Shown here piece by piece: positions 28,178 to 37,550 of a stretch of DNA of 55,907 nucleotides. How positions within the stretch are numbered: position 1 is the first letter of the stretch; each line of letters begins with the position of its first letter. The stretch covers positions 1 through 55,907 of IMG/VR virus record IMGVR_UViG_3300027976_000049; one strand, given 5' to 3'. The DNA is from a virus (lineage: Duplodnaviria > Caudoviricetes). The notes under the pieces are model-generated. The model saw only the letters and a program-made list of their open reading frames with translations, was not told where the DNA came from and ran no database searches. The translations under genes and the position numbers were made by a program.

Positions 28178-29200
28178 ATGGTTAATTCATTTAAATCCTG
28201 GGGTGAAGTAAACGAAGCTACTGGAAGTAAGCAAGTTTATATCTCACCATCCGGTCATAAATTTAAAGTAGTTATTAAAATACAAAATTCTACTAATTTC
28301 ATGGTTAAGACAATTGGCGAAATGGAACTGTTAGACGCGAATTCAAATATGACTAACAAAGGAGCATCGTCTATTAAACAGTACTTTAATAGTCAACAGG
28401 CGTTTATAAACACTGTTGGAAAATTAGATAACTCTTTTTTTACTAAGAATTTTATCATATATACTGTAGTTAGAGACACTAACCGAAAGGAAAAGATACA
28501 GTTTACTGTTGCAATAAGATCCGAGGTTGAAGGATTAGATGCGGCTGCTCAATTTGTATCAACATCCGCACTTAAATATATTCAAAATAAAACAGAAGCA
28601 CTTGATGGAATTATTACCGGAAATATAGATCAAGCAAATAACGATGAGGTACAGGGAGAATCCGAATTGGCAATAGATGGTGATGTAAAAACTGGAGAGG
28701 GAACAGATATTACAGAAGATTTGTTAGGAAATAGATTCAGATATACAATGCGGACTAATGGAGTAACTTATGTATGTACAATTGGAGGAGGAGGAGTTAT
28801 TGAAATGGAACCTTATAATAATAACAAAGCAGCAGTTGGGGCGATATCATGGGACTCTCCTAAAGTTATTTGGTATACAGATGCTGATAATAATACAAGA
28901 TTTATTAATAACGCACCACTATTTATGGATGCTGAAATAACAAATAATGCAGATAAGATATTCTTTACTAAGATGTTTACAGATAAAAAGTTTAGCGATG
29001 AAATTATTAAAGAATATGAAGACGAGTATGGTAATTCTGAAATAAATGGAGATAGCCTAAGAGGAATGTTATATTATGATGATTATACTCCAATATTTCA
29101 TTCAAGTGCGCATGATAAAGAACCAAGTGAAATTGTTGGAACATCTACAGCTAACAGTGGAGCTCTTAGAAAGTCAACAGGTAAAAATTATACTGTTTAA
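28178..29200 (+). CDS. Putative virion protein
   Basis: 340 aa with tag NSFKSWGEVNE. Confidence 0.8.
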   Translation: MVNSFKSWGEVNEATGSKQVYISPSGHKFKVVIKIQNSTNFMVKTIGEMELLDANSNMTNKGASSIKQYFNSQQAFINTVGKLDNSFFTKNFIIYTVVRDTNRKEKIQFTVAIRSEVEGLDAAAQFVSTSALKYIQNKTEALDGIITGNIDQANNDEVQGESELAIDGDVKTGEGTDITEDLLGNRFRYTMRTNGVTYVCTIGGGGVIEMEPYNNNKAAVGAISWDSPKVIWYTDADNNTRFINNAPLFMDAEITNNADKIFFTKMFTDKKFSDEIIKEYEDEYGNSEINGDSLRGMLYYDDYTPIFHSSAHDKEPSEIVGTSTANSGALRKSTGKNYTV

Positions 29201-29228
29201 ACTAAATAATTAAAAATAATAAATTATA

Positions 29229-30872
29229 ATGTATAACATAAGTAATTATAAGAATAAATTAAATGAAAAATCATCTGCTGTTGTTGCTAGTGATTTAAAG
29301 GATAGATTAAAACAATATTTAGACAATGAGGATTTTCTAGAGGAATTAAGTGGATTTCTTATTAATTTAGAAGATGGAGAGGCTACTAATTCGATAGAGC
29401 TTAATTTAGACACACGTAGTCATGGATTTCTAGAAGATGATATTCTAAATATTAGAGTAGATAAATCAGATATTAAGTCTCCTAAATTTATAATGTGGAT
29501 AATGAATGACGCTTTTGCATTTGCTGACGTAGATATTGATATAGCTGCTGCAATTTTTAAACATTCAACGAAGGGAGGTCTTGGAACTATTGGCACAGGA
29601 TTAAATTTTTTAGGATCACTAGTGGGATTAGGAGACGCAGGAGATGATGGAACAAACGAAGAAGAGTTAATTGGGCTAGCAGGAGCAATCGGATCAATAG
29701 CAAGAGATAAACACATAGATCCTAAGATATATTTTGACAAACTAGATTTAGTTTATAAACAAAAATATGGTAAGAGTATAACTAGTGAACTAAATACTGA
29801 ATTCTCAGGAAGAGCTGAAGCAGTCGCGTTGAATACGTTTAGACGTGAAATTGAACCGTCCATAGCACGAGGAGTTAATCTTCCAAGTATATTACTTGAT
29901 ATAGCATTAGCTGCTGCTAGTTTTGGAACTGGAACCGCAGCAATTGCTGCGGTTAAGGGAACATCATCTGCAACTAGAATTGCATCAGCGGCTACAAAGG
30001 CCGGCAGTGTAGCAAAATCGACCAAAGTAGGAAGTGGAATTATTAAAGTAGGAAGTAAAACTCTTACTGGTTCAAAGGCTGTTATTAGTAGAATTCCTGG
30101 ATTTTCTAAATTAACGTCGACTGTACAAGCAACCCATCTTGAAAAGGTAGTAAAAGTCGGAGATGTTGTAAAACATCGGCGTTCAATAACGGTAGCAGGG
30201 AAAAAAGTAATGACAACGGTGGACCATACAATCGTATCTATTGGAAAACAAGGCGTAGTTTTAAAACCACCAACTGGACAAATATTTAATGTCACTGCTT
30301 CTAATTTTTTATTAACCACTACACCTGAGCTAGCTAATAATGTATTAAACGTGGCAAAAATTAGTGCTACTACAGCAGGATTAGCACTAGCGACTAAGAA
30401 AGCAGTAGATTTAGGAGATAGTGCCGGAGATAATAACTCACCTGATAGTGCAGGGATGGTTGCAACCGCAGCGGAGGTTATGGGATGGTATGATACATTA
30501 ACATCAGATCCAGCTAAGTATATAGCGGATATAATAGATATTGACGAAGAAGATAAAGGAACAACTCTTGCATCAATGCTTATGGATTTAAAGGATGGAA
30601 CTGGATTTTGGGGTAATACGACAGACCAGGAAGAATTAGCAATGGCTTTAATAATTACATCGATATCTCCAGAAGGAGCAGATTCGATTAATAGTGAATA
30701 TAGTAAATTGGATATTGAAATGAATGTAGGATCATTATTATCAGACGAACTAGGGGGAGACCTCGGAAAGTTTGCGACATATTGGTGGAATGCTATATCA
30801 GGAGATACTTTAAATGCGAGTGCAACTAGTATTAAAACAAGATTAACTACTAATAATAGTAAAAATAAGTAA
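29229..30872 (+). CDS. Putative ejected virion protein with annexin-like repeats and hydrophobic Gly/Ala hairpins
   Basis: GTNEEELI...YKQKYGKSITSELNTEFSG, a second degenerate unit GNTTDQEE...LLSDELGGD, and LDIALAAASFGTGTAA. Confidence 0.7.
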   Translation: MYNISNYKNKLNEKSSAVVASDLKDRLKQYLDNEDFLEELSGFLINLEDGEATNSIELNLDTRSHGFLEDDILNIRVDKSDIKSPKFIMWIMNDAFAFADVDIDIAAAIFKHSTKGGLGTIGTGLNFLGSLVGLGDAGDDGTNEEELIGLAGAIGSIARDKHIDPKIYFDKLDLVYKQKYGKSITSELNTEFSGRAEAVALNTFRREIEPSIARGVNLPSILLDIALAAASFGTGTAAIAAVKGTSSATRIASAATKAGSVAKSTKVGSGIIKVGSKTLTGSKAVISRIPGFSKLTSTVQATHLEKVVKVGDVVKHRRSITVAGKKVMTTVDHTIVSIGKQGVVLKPPTGQIFNVTASNFLLTTTPELANNVLNVAKISATTAGLALATKKAVDLGDSAGDNNSPDSAGMVATAAEVMGWYDTLTSDPAKYIADIIDIDEEDKGTTLASMLMDLKDGTGFWGNTTDQEELAMALIITSISPEGADSINSEYSKLDIEMNVGSLLSDELGGDLGKFATYWWNAISGDTLNASATSIKTRLTTNNSKNK

Positions 30873-30914
30873 ATTAAAAAGCCGATCATTATTAATAATG
30901 ATCGGCTTTTTAAT
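30873..30914. terminator. Perfect 42-bp palindrome between convergent genes (bidirectional terminator)
   Basis: ATTAAAAAGCCGATCATTATT|AATAATGATCGGCTTTTTAAT. Confidence 0.85.
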
Positions 30915-30931
30915 GTTTTAATAATAGTGGT

Positions 30932-32797
30932 TTATAATTTAAACTTTCGTAAATGCTTTAATTTATTACTTTCGTAAGCTTTATCTGCACTTGTTTTTTT
31001 AAATTTCTTAGGAGATCTCATTTTTTCATAATCCTCTATAGAATAATCTTTATCTTTGTATCCAAAGTTAAAGAAGTCATTAACGTCTTTAGGAAGATCA
31101 TCTTTCTCTCTATTTGCTGCATATATAACATCACCGATATCCGCTGCTCCAAACTGCTCGGCCATTTCTTGTAGATGGTCATTCAATACTTTACGGTCAT
31201 CTGTGTCAAGTCCATCAAATATAGGCACAACATATGCTGCTTTCGGATTATTTTTTAACTCCTCTTTTATTTTTTCCTGAACTTTATTATATACTGGCAG
31301 AGACCCAATTACGTTGATAAATGGATCCGACAGATTATCTGGATCTACACCTATCATTAATTTAGCTATTTGTTTTCCAATAAATAATGTTAATGTTTTA
31401 GAAAATATAAATGCGTCGGTTGCCTTACTACCAAACTTGAAAGGTGTACCATATTTAGAGTCAACATGTTTCATACTACTAGCGAGTTGTTCATAGAATC
31501 CAATTATATTACTTTCGGTTCGAGTCGCAAATTTCTTACCAATAGAACTTGCTAGATCTGGACCATATCTAGAATTAAGGAAATCTACACGTTTTAACAT
31601 GCTACTATTTAATTCTCCTAAAACACGACCACCGCTACTTTTAATTATAAGCTTATCGCCATTTCTAACCATTTTGGTTCCTGGCCCGGCAGCTGCCATA
31701 AAGAATTTATCAATTACCCCCATTTCAACTTTACTTAATATTACCGGGACATCGTCTGCAAGCTTTGTAGATACTTTAAAGAATTTATCAAACATATCAG
31801 CAATAGATGCAAAAAACCGTTGAAGGGGTTTACCAATACCTGGTATCCATTTTACCGCTGCTCCAAGAAAGTCTTTAAAAAATGTGTCTAATACTTGCTT
31901 AGCAAGTGGAAGTGCTTTTTTTGAAGCTTTTGCAATATAAGTTAATGCGTCGGTTCCTTTTGGCCCAGCACTTGCTAATAATGATATTGCATCATCAGAT
32001 ACATGTATCGCGGTAGTACCTATAATATCCGCAGTTTTTACGCCTGCTGCACCTATTCCTCCCATATAGTCAGCTGTAAATTTAACAACTGTTTTTCCAG
32101 CGACTGTTGTTTTAAATAATCCTTTTAAAATATCTCCACCAAATGGAATAACCGCTGCTATGAATGAAATTAGAGCGAGAATATACTTACTCTTGTCTCC
32201 GTTCATCGCTCTAACCATGTATATTACTCCATTTAACACATCTGCAATAACCCCTACTGGCGGGAAAAAATCGCCAAGTAAACCTACAATATCAAGCATT
32301 AGATGAAGAACTCCTAAGAAAGAGCCTTCTTCAGTTAGACCACTAAGAATCGACTTAAACATACCAGGTAGGGATGCCATGCTAGATTCAGGTACATTAG
32401 GGTCAGCTTTAAGATTGTTCTGTATTATACTAGATGTAGACTGTTCAGTTGACGACAGTGCAGCATCGTCCTCATTTAATCGTATAGATTTTAAGTTATT
32501 AGGGATAGATTTAAATGCTTCGTTAATTCTAGCTATCTCAGATTTAGGTATATTATAATTAGATAAGCTATTAATCATAGAATTTTTACCTTTTACTAAA
32601 TTTCTATGATGATTATCAACTCCCTTTAATCCTTTTTCTATAAGAAGCTTTAACTCAAGTTCGATTAATATATCGGCAGGAATACTGGACTCTGCTCTAG
32701 CTATGATAGCAGTCTCGTTTACTATTAAATCGTAATAATTTAGAATAGATATTCCAAAACTTTGGGTGTTATCTACATATGGTAATACATGGCGCAT
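30932..32797 (-). CDS. Putative ejected virion protein with pre-toxin-TG-like membrane segment
   Basis: HLMLDIVGLLGDFFPPVGVIADVLNGVIY...ALISFIAAVIPFGGD. C-terminal YESNKLKHLRKF tag. Confidence 0.72.
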   Translation of the reverse strand: MRHVLPYVDNTQSFGISILNYYDLIVNETAIIARAESSIPADILIELELKLLIEKGLKGVDNHHRNLVKGKNSMINSLSNYNIPKSEIARINEAFKSIPNNLKSIRLNEDDAALSSTEQSTSSIIQNNLKADPNVPESSMASLPGMFKSILSGLTEEGSFLGVLHLMLDIVGLLGDFFPPVGVIADVLNGVIYMVRAMNGDKSKYILALISFIAAVIPFGGDILKGLFKTTVAGKTVVKFTADYMGGIGAAGVKTADIIGTTAIHVSDDAISLLASAGPKGTDALTYIAKASKKALPLAKQVLDTFFKDFLGAAVKWIPGIGKPLQRFFASIADMFDKFFKVSTKLADDVPVILSKVEMGVIDKFFMAAAGPGTKMVRNGDKLIIKSSGGRVLGELNSSMLKRVDFLNSRYGPDLASSIGKKFATRTESNIIGFYEQLASSMKHVDSKYGTPFKFGSKATDAFIFSKTLTLFIGKQIAKLMIGVDPDNLSDPFINVIGSLPVYNKVQEKIKEELKNNPKAAYVVPIFDGLDTDDRKVLNDHLQEMAEQFGAADIGDVIYAANREKDDLPKDVNDFFNFGYKDKDYSIEDYEKMRSPKKFKKTSADKAYESNKLKHLRKFKL

Positions 32798-32825
32798 ATG
32801 ATATAGTTTTTTATTATTTATTCAT

Positions 32826-32877
32826 ATATTTAAACAAAAAATGACCACATCGATGTGGTCATTTTTTGTTTAAATAT
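32826..32877. terminator. Perfect 52-bp palindrome (terminator-like)
   Basis: ATATTTAAACAAAAAATGACCACATC|GATGTGGTCATTTTTTGTTTAAATAT. Confidence 0.85.
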
Positions 32878-32886
32878 TATATGTTA

Positions 32887-33261
32887 CTATATTATATTAT
32901 ACTTAATATTGAATTTTGTTTCTAATTCTTCTTCAGTTATAAGTTTATACGAGCCATTACATTCGCCTAGTTCCATATCTTCATATATTGTATGAAAATG
33001 CTGAGTCATTACACTAGGATTAGAGCTTAATGATTGACTACCCGCAGGTATGACAATCAGCCATACTGGTATACCATTCCCTTTAAATGTTTTGAAATCT
33101 CGCGGACCAATATCATTTGGTCCTTTATTAAATCTACCCCTAAGGTTAACATAGTATGAGTCATTCATTTCTTCCCACTCGTGTTTATTTGTATATTTTT
33201 TATCAACTGCTGATAATTCATTCAAATATTCGTCGGGTATTATGTTTCTATGTCCACTCAT
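32887..33261 (-). CDS. Hypothetical protein
   Basis: 124-aa ORF, last gene of the cluster. Confidence 0.75.
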   Translation of the reverse strand: MSGHRNIIPDEYLNELSAVDKKYTNKHEWEEMNDSYYVNLRGRFNKGPNDIGPRDFKTFKGNGIPVWLIVIPAGSQSLSSNPSVMTQHFHTIYEDMELGECNGSYKLITEEELETKFNIKYNII

Positions 33262-33266
33262 ATCTT

Positions 33267-34277
33267 TTAATTTATTTTAAATATTCTCTGTAATTCCTTT
33301 CGTTGTCTATTAATTAGATCGGGTGAATATGCATTAATTAAACGCTTTACGTCGTCTTGGTTAGATACATATAGCAGATCTTTAAGAACTGGATCCTGTA
33401 TTAATAATTTGCCAGGATCGTATTCAATTTGAATAGCGGCTAAACAATTAGATGCTAGTGTTTCGTAAAATCTATAAGTAGTGACATTATCTAGATGTTC
33501 TTCATCACCTGTTATTAACGATACTTTTACTGAGTCTAATTTGATCATTAGATCTCCATGTTTTAATTTCTTAATAAATTCACCGGGAACTTTATCAGAT
33601 TTATATCCAATTTTTAAATTATTAGTGTCTGCCGGGAAATATTTCCTAAGTTGATTTTCTCTAAATGACCCACGTTTATCTCCAAAGTAAACTAGGTCGT
33701 ATTCTTTCTCTATTGTTGCATCAGCGTCTGCAAATATATCAAATTCTCCGCTTTCTGTAAATCTATGTTTGAATATATATGTAAACCAGTCAACTTGTTT
33801 CCAATTCTTAGGTTGCCAACCTAAGAATTGTTTTATATCTTTACCTGCAAACAAGTAAGTAGCATCTTCTATGATTGTGTCCCATTTCTCTACAGAATCT
33901 GTACATAATTTAAATCTATCAGATATTATCTTTGCGTAGTTAATAGGTGGAATACGTGGATCATTAATAAGGAAAAATATACGTCCTTTATAATTGGCTA
34001 GATTATTACATATAGTTTCACAATGTTCTCCCATTACTCCTCCAAAGAAATTAGGAGTACTCAATTGAAGAATAACTGCGTTATATTCTGAAAAGTCAGT
34101 GTCCGTATAATTCTTGTAGAAGTCTAAATGTTTAGTGCTACGATTTTTATAACCAACGACATCCACCTCTGATCCTTTTTCCTCCATCATTTTCTTAAAA
34201 AACGTTGCTTCTAACCCTCGGTGGTTTTTATCGTTATACGTTATATTTGCGAATACTGATGTTATTGCTACTTTCAT
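33267..34277 (-). CDS. bgt: DNA beta-glucosyltransferase homolog (T4 BGT family)
   Basis: Colinear matches to T4 BGT: NFFGG, INDPRIP (T4 FTDIRLP), DLVYFGDKRGSFRE (DVIYGGSFRSGQRE) and GD....DNVTTYRFYETLAS (GDKNYNDNFITLRVWETMAS). Confidence 0.88.
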   Translation of the reverse strand: MKVAITSVFANITYNDKNHRGLEATFFKKMMEEKGSEVDVVGYKNRSTKHLDFYKNYTDTDFSEYNAVILQLSTPNFFGGVMGEHCETICNNLANYKGRIFFLINDPRIPPINYAKIISDRFKLCTDSVEKWDTIIEDATYLFAGKDIKQFLGWQPKNWKQVDWFTYIFKHRFTESGEFDIFADADATIEKEYDLVYFGDKRGSFRENQLRKYFPADTNNLKIGYKSDKVPGEFIKKLKHGDLMIKLDSVKVSLITGDEEHLDNVTTYRFYETLASNCLAAIQIEYDPGKLLIQDPVLKDLLYVSNQDDVKRLINAYSPDLINRQRKELQRIFKIN

Positions 34278-34301
34278 AATATATAATATACTTTAATGTT
34301 G

Positions 34302-35033
34302 TTACTTATTTAATTTTGCATAATACTTATCGAATCCTTTAAGTAGATCGTCTATACTAGAAGTTTTAGTTTTAATGACCTCATCTATTAATCCAAATTT
34401 AAGTGCTTCAGTGGAAGTGTACCACTTGTCTCTATCTACTGTACTAATATATTCATCAAATGTTTTATTACTATATTGAGCTAGCATTTTAGCTAGTATA
34501 TAATTACTCTTCTCAGCTTCTTTTTGTGTAATTCTAACATCCATAACTACACCTTTCGCTCCATATGAAACTTGATGAGTCATAACTTGTGAAAATCGTA
34601 GTGATGATCTCTTTCCTTTGGTACCTGCTGCTAATATAACAGATCCCATTGACGCACACATACCTGTGTTAATTGTTCTAATATCGGATTTAACTAATTC
34701 CATTACATCTACGATTCCTAATCCGGATTTAACAGATCCTCCTGGTGTATCAACGTGTAAGATTATGTCTTTTTTTTCAAGACTATCTAAAAATAATAGT
34801 TGTGCTTGTACAACAACACTAATTGAGTCACGAACCGGTCCAGATAACCAAATTGTTCTATCTGCCATTAACCTTGAAAATATATCAATTTGTGAATATC
34901 TCATTTCTCTTTCTTCTAATATATACGGAGTCATGCTACCTGTTATATCGAAACCAAAATGTTGCACAAGTTCATGTTCTTTAATACCCATATGTTTAGT
35001 GGCGTATTTATGAAATTCCTTATTCTCTATCAT
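34302..35033 (-). CDS. clpP: ATP-dependent Clp protease proteolytic subunit
   Basis: DIFSRLM.DR, TPGGSV, GMCASMG (Ser), MTHQ (His) and DRD (Asp). Bacteroidota-like MTPYILEERE N-terminal region. Confidence 0.95.
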   Translation of the reverse strand: MIENKEFHKYATKHMGIKEHELVQHFGFDITGSMTPYILEEREMRYSQIDIFSRLMADRTIWLSGPVRDSISVVVQAQLLFLDSLEKKDIILHVDTPGGSVKSGLGIVDVMELVKSDIRTINTGMCASMGSVILAAGTKGKRSSLRFSQVMTHQVSYGAKGVVMDVRITQKEAEKSNYILAKMLAQYSNKTFDEYISTVDRDKWYTSTEALKFGLIDEVIKTKTSSIDDLLKGFDKYYAKLNK

Positions 35034-35034
35034 A

Positions 35035-35310
35035 TTATTTATTGTTTTCGTAGTTTTCTAGTCCTTGAATATAAGCAACCGCATCTAATAAGTTATCCTT
35101 TTTATGATTATACGACTCACGAGAGAACTTCAATGCTATTAATGCTTTGAACATATCACCGCCAGATACGGTGTGACCTGTCATACCGTTGAATATCATA
35201 GCGGCTCTCTCCATTCCCTCAGTGAATGGTCCATAGTTTCTGTCCGCTTCATCTGATCTTTCGTTTACTATGTTATGCGCTTCTTCTAGTATTGATTTGT
35301 GTTTTGCCAT
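35035..35310 (-). CDS. DUF6378-like protein
   Basis: SILEEA..IV..R.....YGP...LKFSRE....K.DNLLDAVAY pattern. Confidence 0.8.
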   Translation of the reverse strand: MAKHKSILEEAHNIVNERSDEADRNYGPFTEGMERAAMIFNGMTGHTVSGGDMFKALIALKFSRESYNHKKDNLLDAVAYIQGLENYENNK

Positions 35311-35317
35311 GTTTATA

Positions 35318-35344
35318 TTATACTATGAATGTATATCATGTTTC
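35318..35344 (-). promoter_or_regulatory. GAAACA-N15-GTATAAT promoter-like motif
   Basis: Directly upstream of the DUF6378-clpP-bgt cluster. Confidence 0.6.
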
Positions 35345-35347
35345 ATT

Positions 35348-35392
35348 ACACATAAAAAAAGCGAACAATGAATGTTCGCTTTTTTTATGTGT
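35348..35392. terminator. Terminator hairpin with 20-bp perfect arms
   Basis: ACACATAAAAAAAGCGAACA-atgaa-TGTTCGCTTTTTTTATGTGT. Confidence 0.85.
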
Positions 35393-35407
35393 TAGTATGT
35401 AAAATAT

Positions 35408-37462
35408 TTAAGAATTAACTCTGCCATATTTAGTCATAAGTGCTTCTAATTTACTTTCATCTATTTTACCATTTTCGTCGCTATCTTCAGATGTTTCATC
35501 GTCTGATTTGGAATCTTTCTTAGATTTCTTAGATGTTTTAGCATCCTTCTTAGCTTTCTTCTTATCGTGATAAGCTTTAAGCCCGGCTGGCATTTCACCT
35601 TCATCTACTTTAGCGGTACTTACTTTAGATTTAGATAAATCAACATTAATGTAATCTTCTTTTAATTTAGAAATAGATTCATTAATAGAAGTTTTAAGTT
35701 TCTCAAGTTCAGCAACCTTACTCGCATCAACATCATCAGATTTGATTGTGGTATTTAGTTTAGCAACAGAACCTTCAAGCTTATTAATATTCTCCAATAT
35801 TCCAGCTTTAGCAGTTTCAATACGTCTTTTAAGTTCTATAGTTTCGTCTATTTTAGTAGCAAATATTGAACTTATATCATATTGAAAGTTCTCATTAAAG
35901 AATTCAGACATTTGAAGTTCATCAACTTTATTCCAAATTCTATCTGCAGTATTAGGTTTATTACACAATATGTAGTTTCCTCCTAATTCAAAAACTGTAG
36001 CTTCTGATAATAATCTGTCGTTTGAAATATTCTTAATAAATTCAAATGCGAATATACTAGATACATTTTCAAAAACAAATTCTACTCTACTTTTAACTTC
36101 TGGGGTTTCCATTAATAATGCTTCAGTTAAATTAATAGATTTTAATCCGTCAATCTTGTTGTCGTTTAAGTAAATATCTAATCCTCTGGCTTCATTTGTA
36201 TTTAAACCCATTTTAAAGTTTCTAATAGAATTGCTCTCTACTCCTTCTCTATTAGAAGATGGAACGAATCCTAACGAAGCAAATGCTTCAGATAGTTTAT
36301 AGAATTTAGGAAATTTAGCTTTAACAAATTCAGGATTCATTGTTGCTATTGTAAAACCTTCATTAGTATTAGACGACGTGTCATTTTTCCACCAATTTAA
36401 TGGATTAGCAACAGATTTTTCAATATAGCTAACAACATCCTTTGCTGCGGCTACTCCAGTGTTTATTTTTTTTAATTGTGTTTTAACTAATGATTTAGTT
36501 ACTTTTGTACCTGTATCTTCTACTTCTTTAACTGCCTGCTTTATAGCTTTCTTGTTGCTAGGACTTAATGATGTCCATATTGCTGTTGCTGTTGCTATTT
36601 GCTCATTGATATGAACTTCAGTTTCATTTCCAGTTAATTTAGTAGATTCTGAAATTTTCATGAATCTATTATCTACATAAGTAATAATTCCATTCTTAAT
36701 TTTAATAGATGGAGCAATAACATTTTGAATTTTAGTATCTATATTACCTGCTCCTAGTGTAAATGATCCGTCTTTACTAGCTTCTATAATTCTTAAGTTA
36801 TTAACTAATTGAGTAACTAATGGTAAGTTAGACTCTCCATGCATTAAATTAATTATATCGGCGCTATACTTATTTTCAGCGAGTGATTTTTTCAATGATT
36901 CTGCAATAGATTCATAGATGGGAGTTTGAGAATTAGCACTAGTCATAATGTGAATAGTATTTAATAACTCAAAATCAGTTGCTTTATTTTTAACGATGTT
37001 GATTACTTGATCAACTACAGTTTTAACCGATTTTTCGTGAATATGTTGAGTCATTTCATTAATGAAAGACGGATATAATCTAAACTCTGGATATCCGCTG
37101 TTAATTGAATCACAGTAGCTATCTACTTTAGATTTAATAATAGGATTAGAATAAGCATTAGATTCTTTAATTAATTCAAGCTTACTAGATAAGTTTGCAA
37201 CTTTACTCATTTCGTGTAGAATTGAATATGTTGTTTTTTCCTGTTTATTAAATTGAGATAATAATACACTAATTTTTTTATTTTTAAGATGTTCATTGAC
37301 TCCTTTAAGAGAATCTTTTAGTTGAACATATATGTTATCGTAGTTATCTTGATTAACAATTGATTTATTTGTTGATTCTATAACTAATTTCACTAATGAG
37401 TTCTTATTTAGTGTTAAGTCACTCTTTAGTTCTGTTAATACGCGGTTTACGAAATCCTTCAT
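35408..37462 (-). CDS. Large coiled-coil head-associated protein (scaffold/core-like)
   Basis: 684 aa with many (L/I)xE sites, a C-terminal coiled coil, a charged tail and a GATAAATA motif upstream. Confidence 0.6.
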   Translation of the reverse strand: MKDFVNRVLTELKSDLTLNKNSLVKLVIESTNKSIVNQDNYDNIYVQLKDSLKGVNEHLKNKKISVLLSQFNKQEKTTYSILHEMSKVANLSSKLELIKESNAYSNPIIKSKVDSYCDSINSGYPEFRLYPSFINEMTQHIHEKSVKTVVDQVINIVKNKATDFELLNTIHIMTSANSQTPIYESIAESLKKSLAENKYSADIINLMHGESNLPLVTQLVNNLRIIEASKDGSFTLGAGNIDTKIQNVIAPSIKIKNGIITYVDNRFMKISESTKLTGNETEVHINEQIATATAIWTSLSPSNKKAIKQAVKEVEDTGTKVTKSLVKTQLKKINTGVAAAKDVVSYIEKSVANPLNWWKNDTSSNTNEGFTIATMNPEFVKAKFPKFYKLSEAFASLGFVPSSNREGVESNSIRNFKMGLNTNEARGLDIYLNDNKIDGLKSINLTEALLMETPEVKSRVEFVFENVSSIFAFEFIKNISNDRLLSEATVFELGGNYILCNKPNTADRIWNKVDELQMSEFFNENFQYDISSIFATKIDETIELKRRIETAKAGILENINKLEGSVAKLNTTIKSDDVDASKVAELEKLKTSINESISKLKEDYINVDLSKSKVSTAKVDEGEMPAGLKAYHDKKKAKKDAKTSKKSKKDSKSDDETSEDSDENGKIDESKLEALMTKYGRVNS

Positions 37463-37550
37463 TTAAATACAAATTATTTTATTTTATTTATCATCATTAT
37501 TTAATATTTTTAGACGATTTGCGTCTTATTAATATGTATCTAATGTTTAA

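Noticed and set aside
29753-30889. 378-aa minus-strand ORF
   Set aside because: Antisense shadow of the Gly/Ala/Thr-rich gene 29229..30872, with no motifs of its own.
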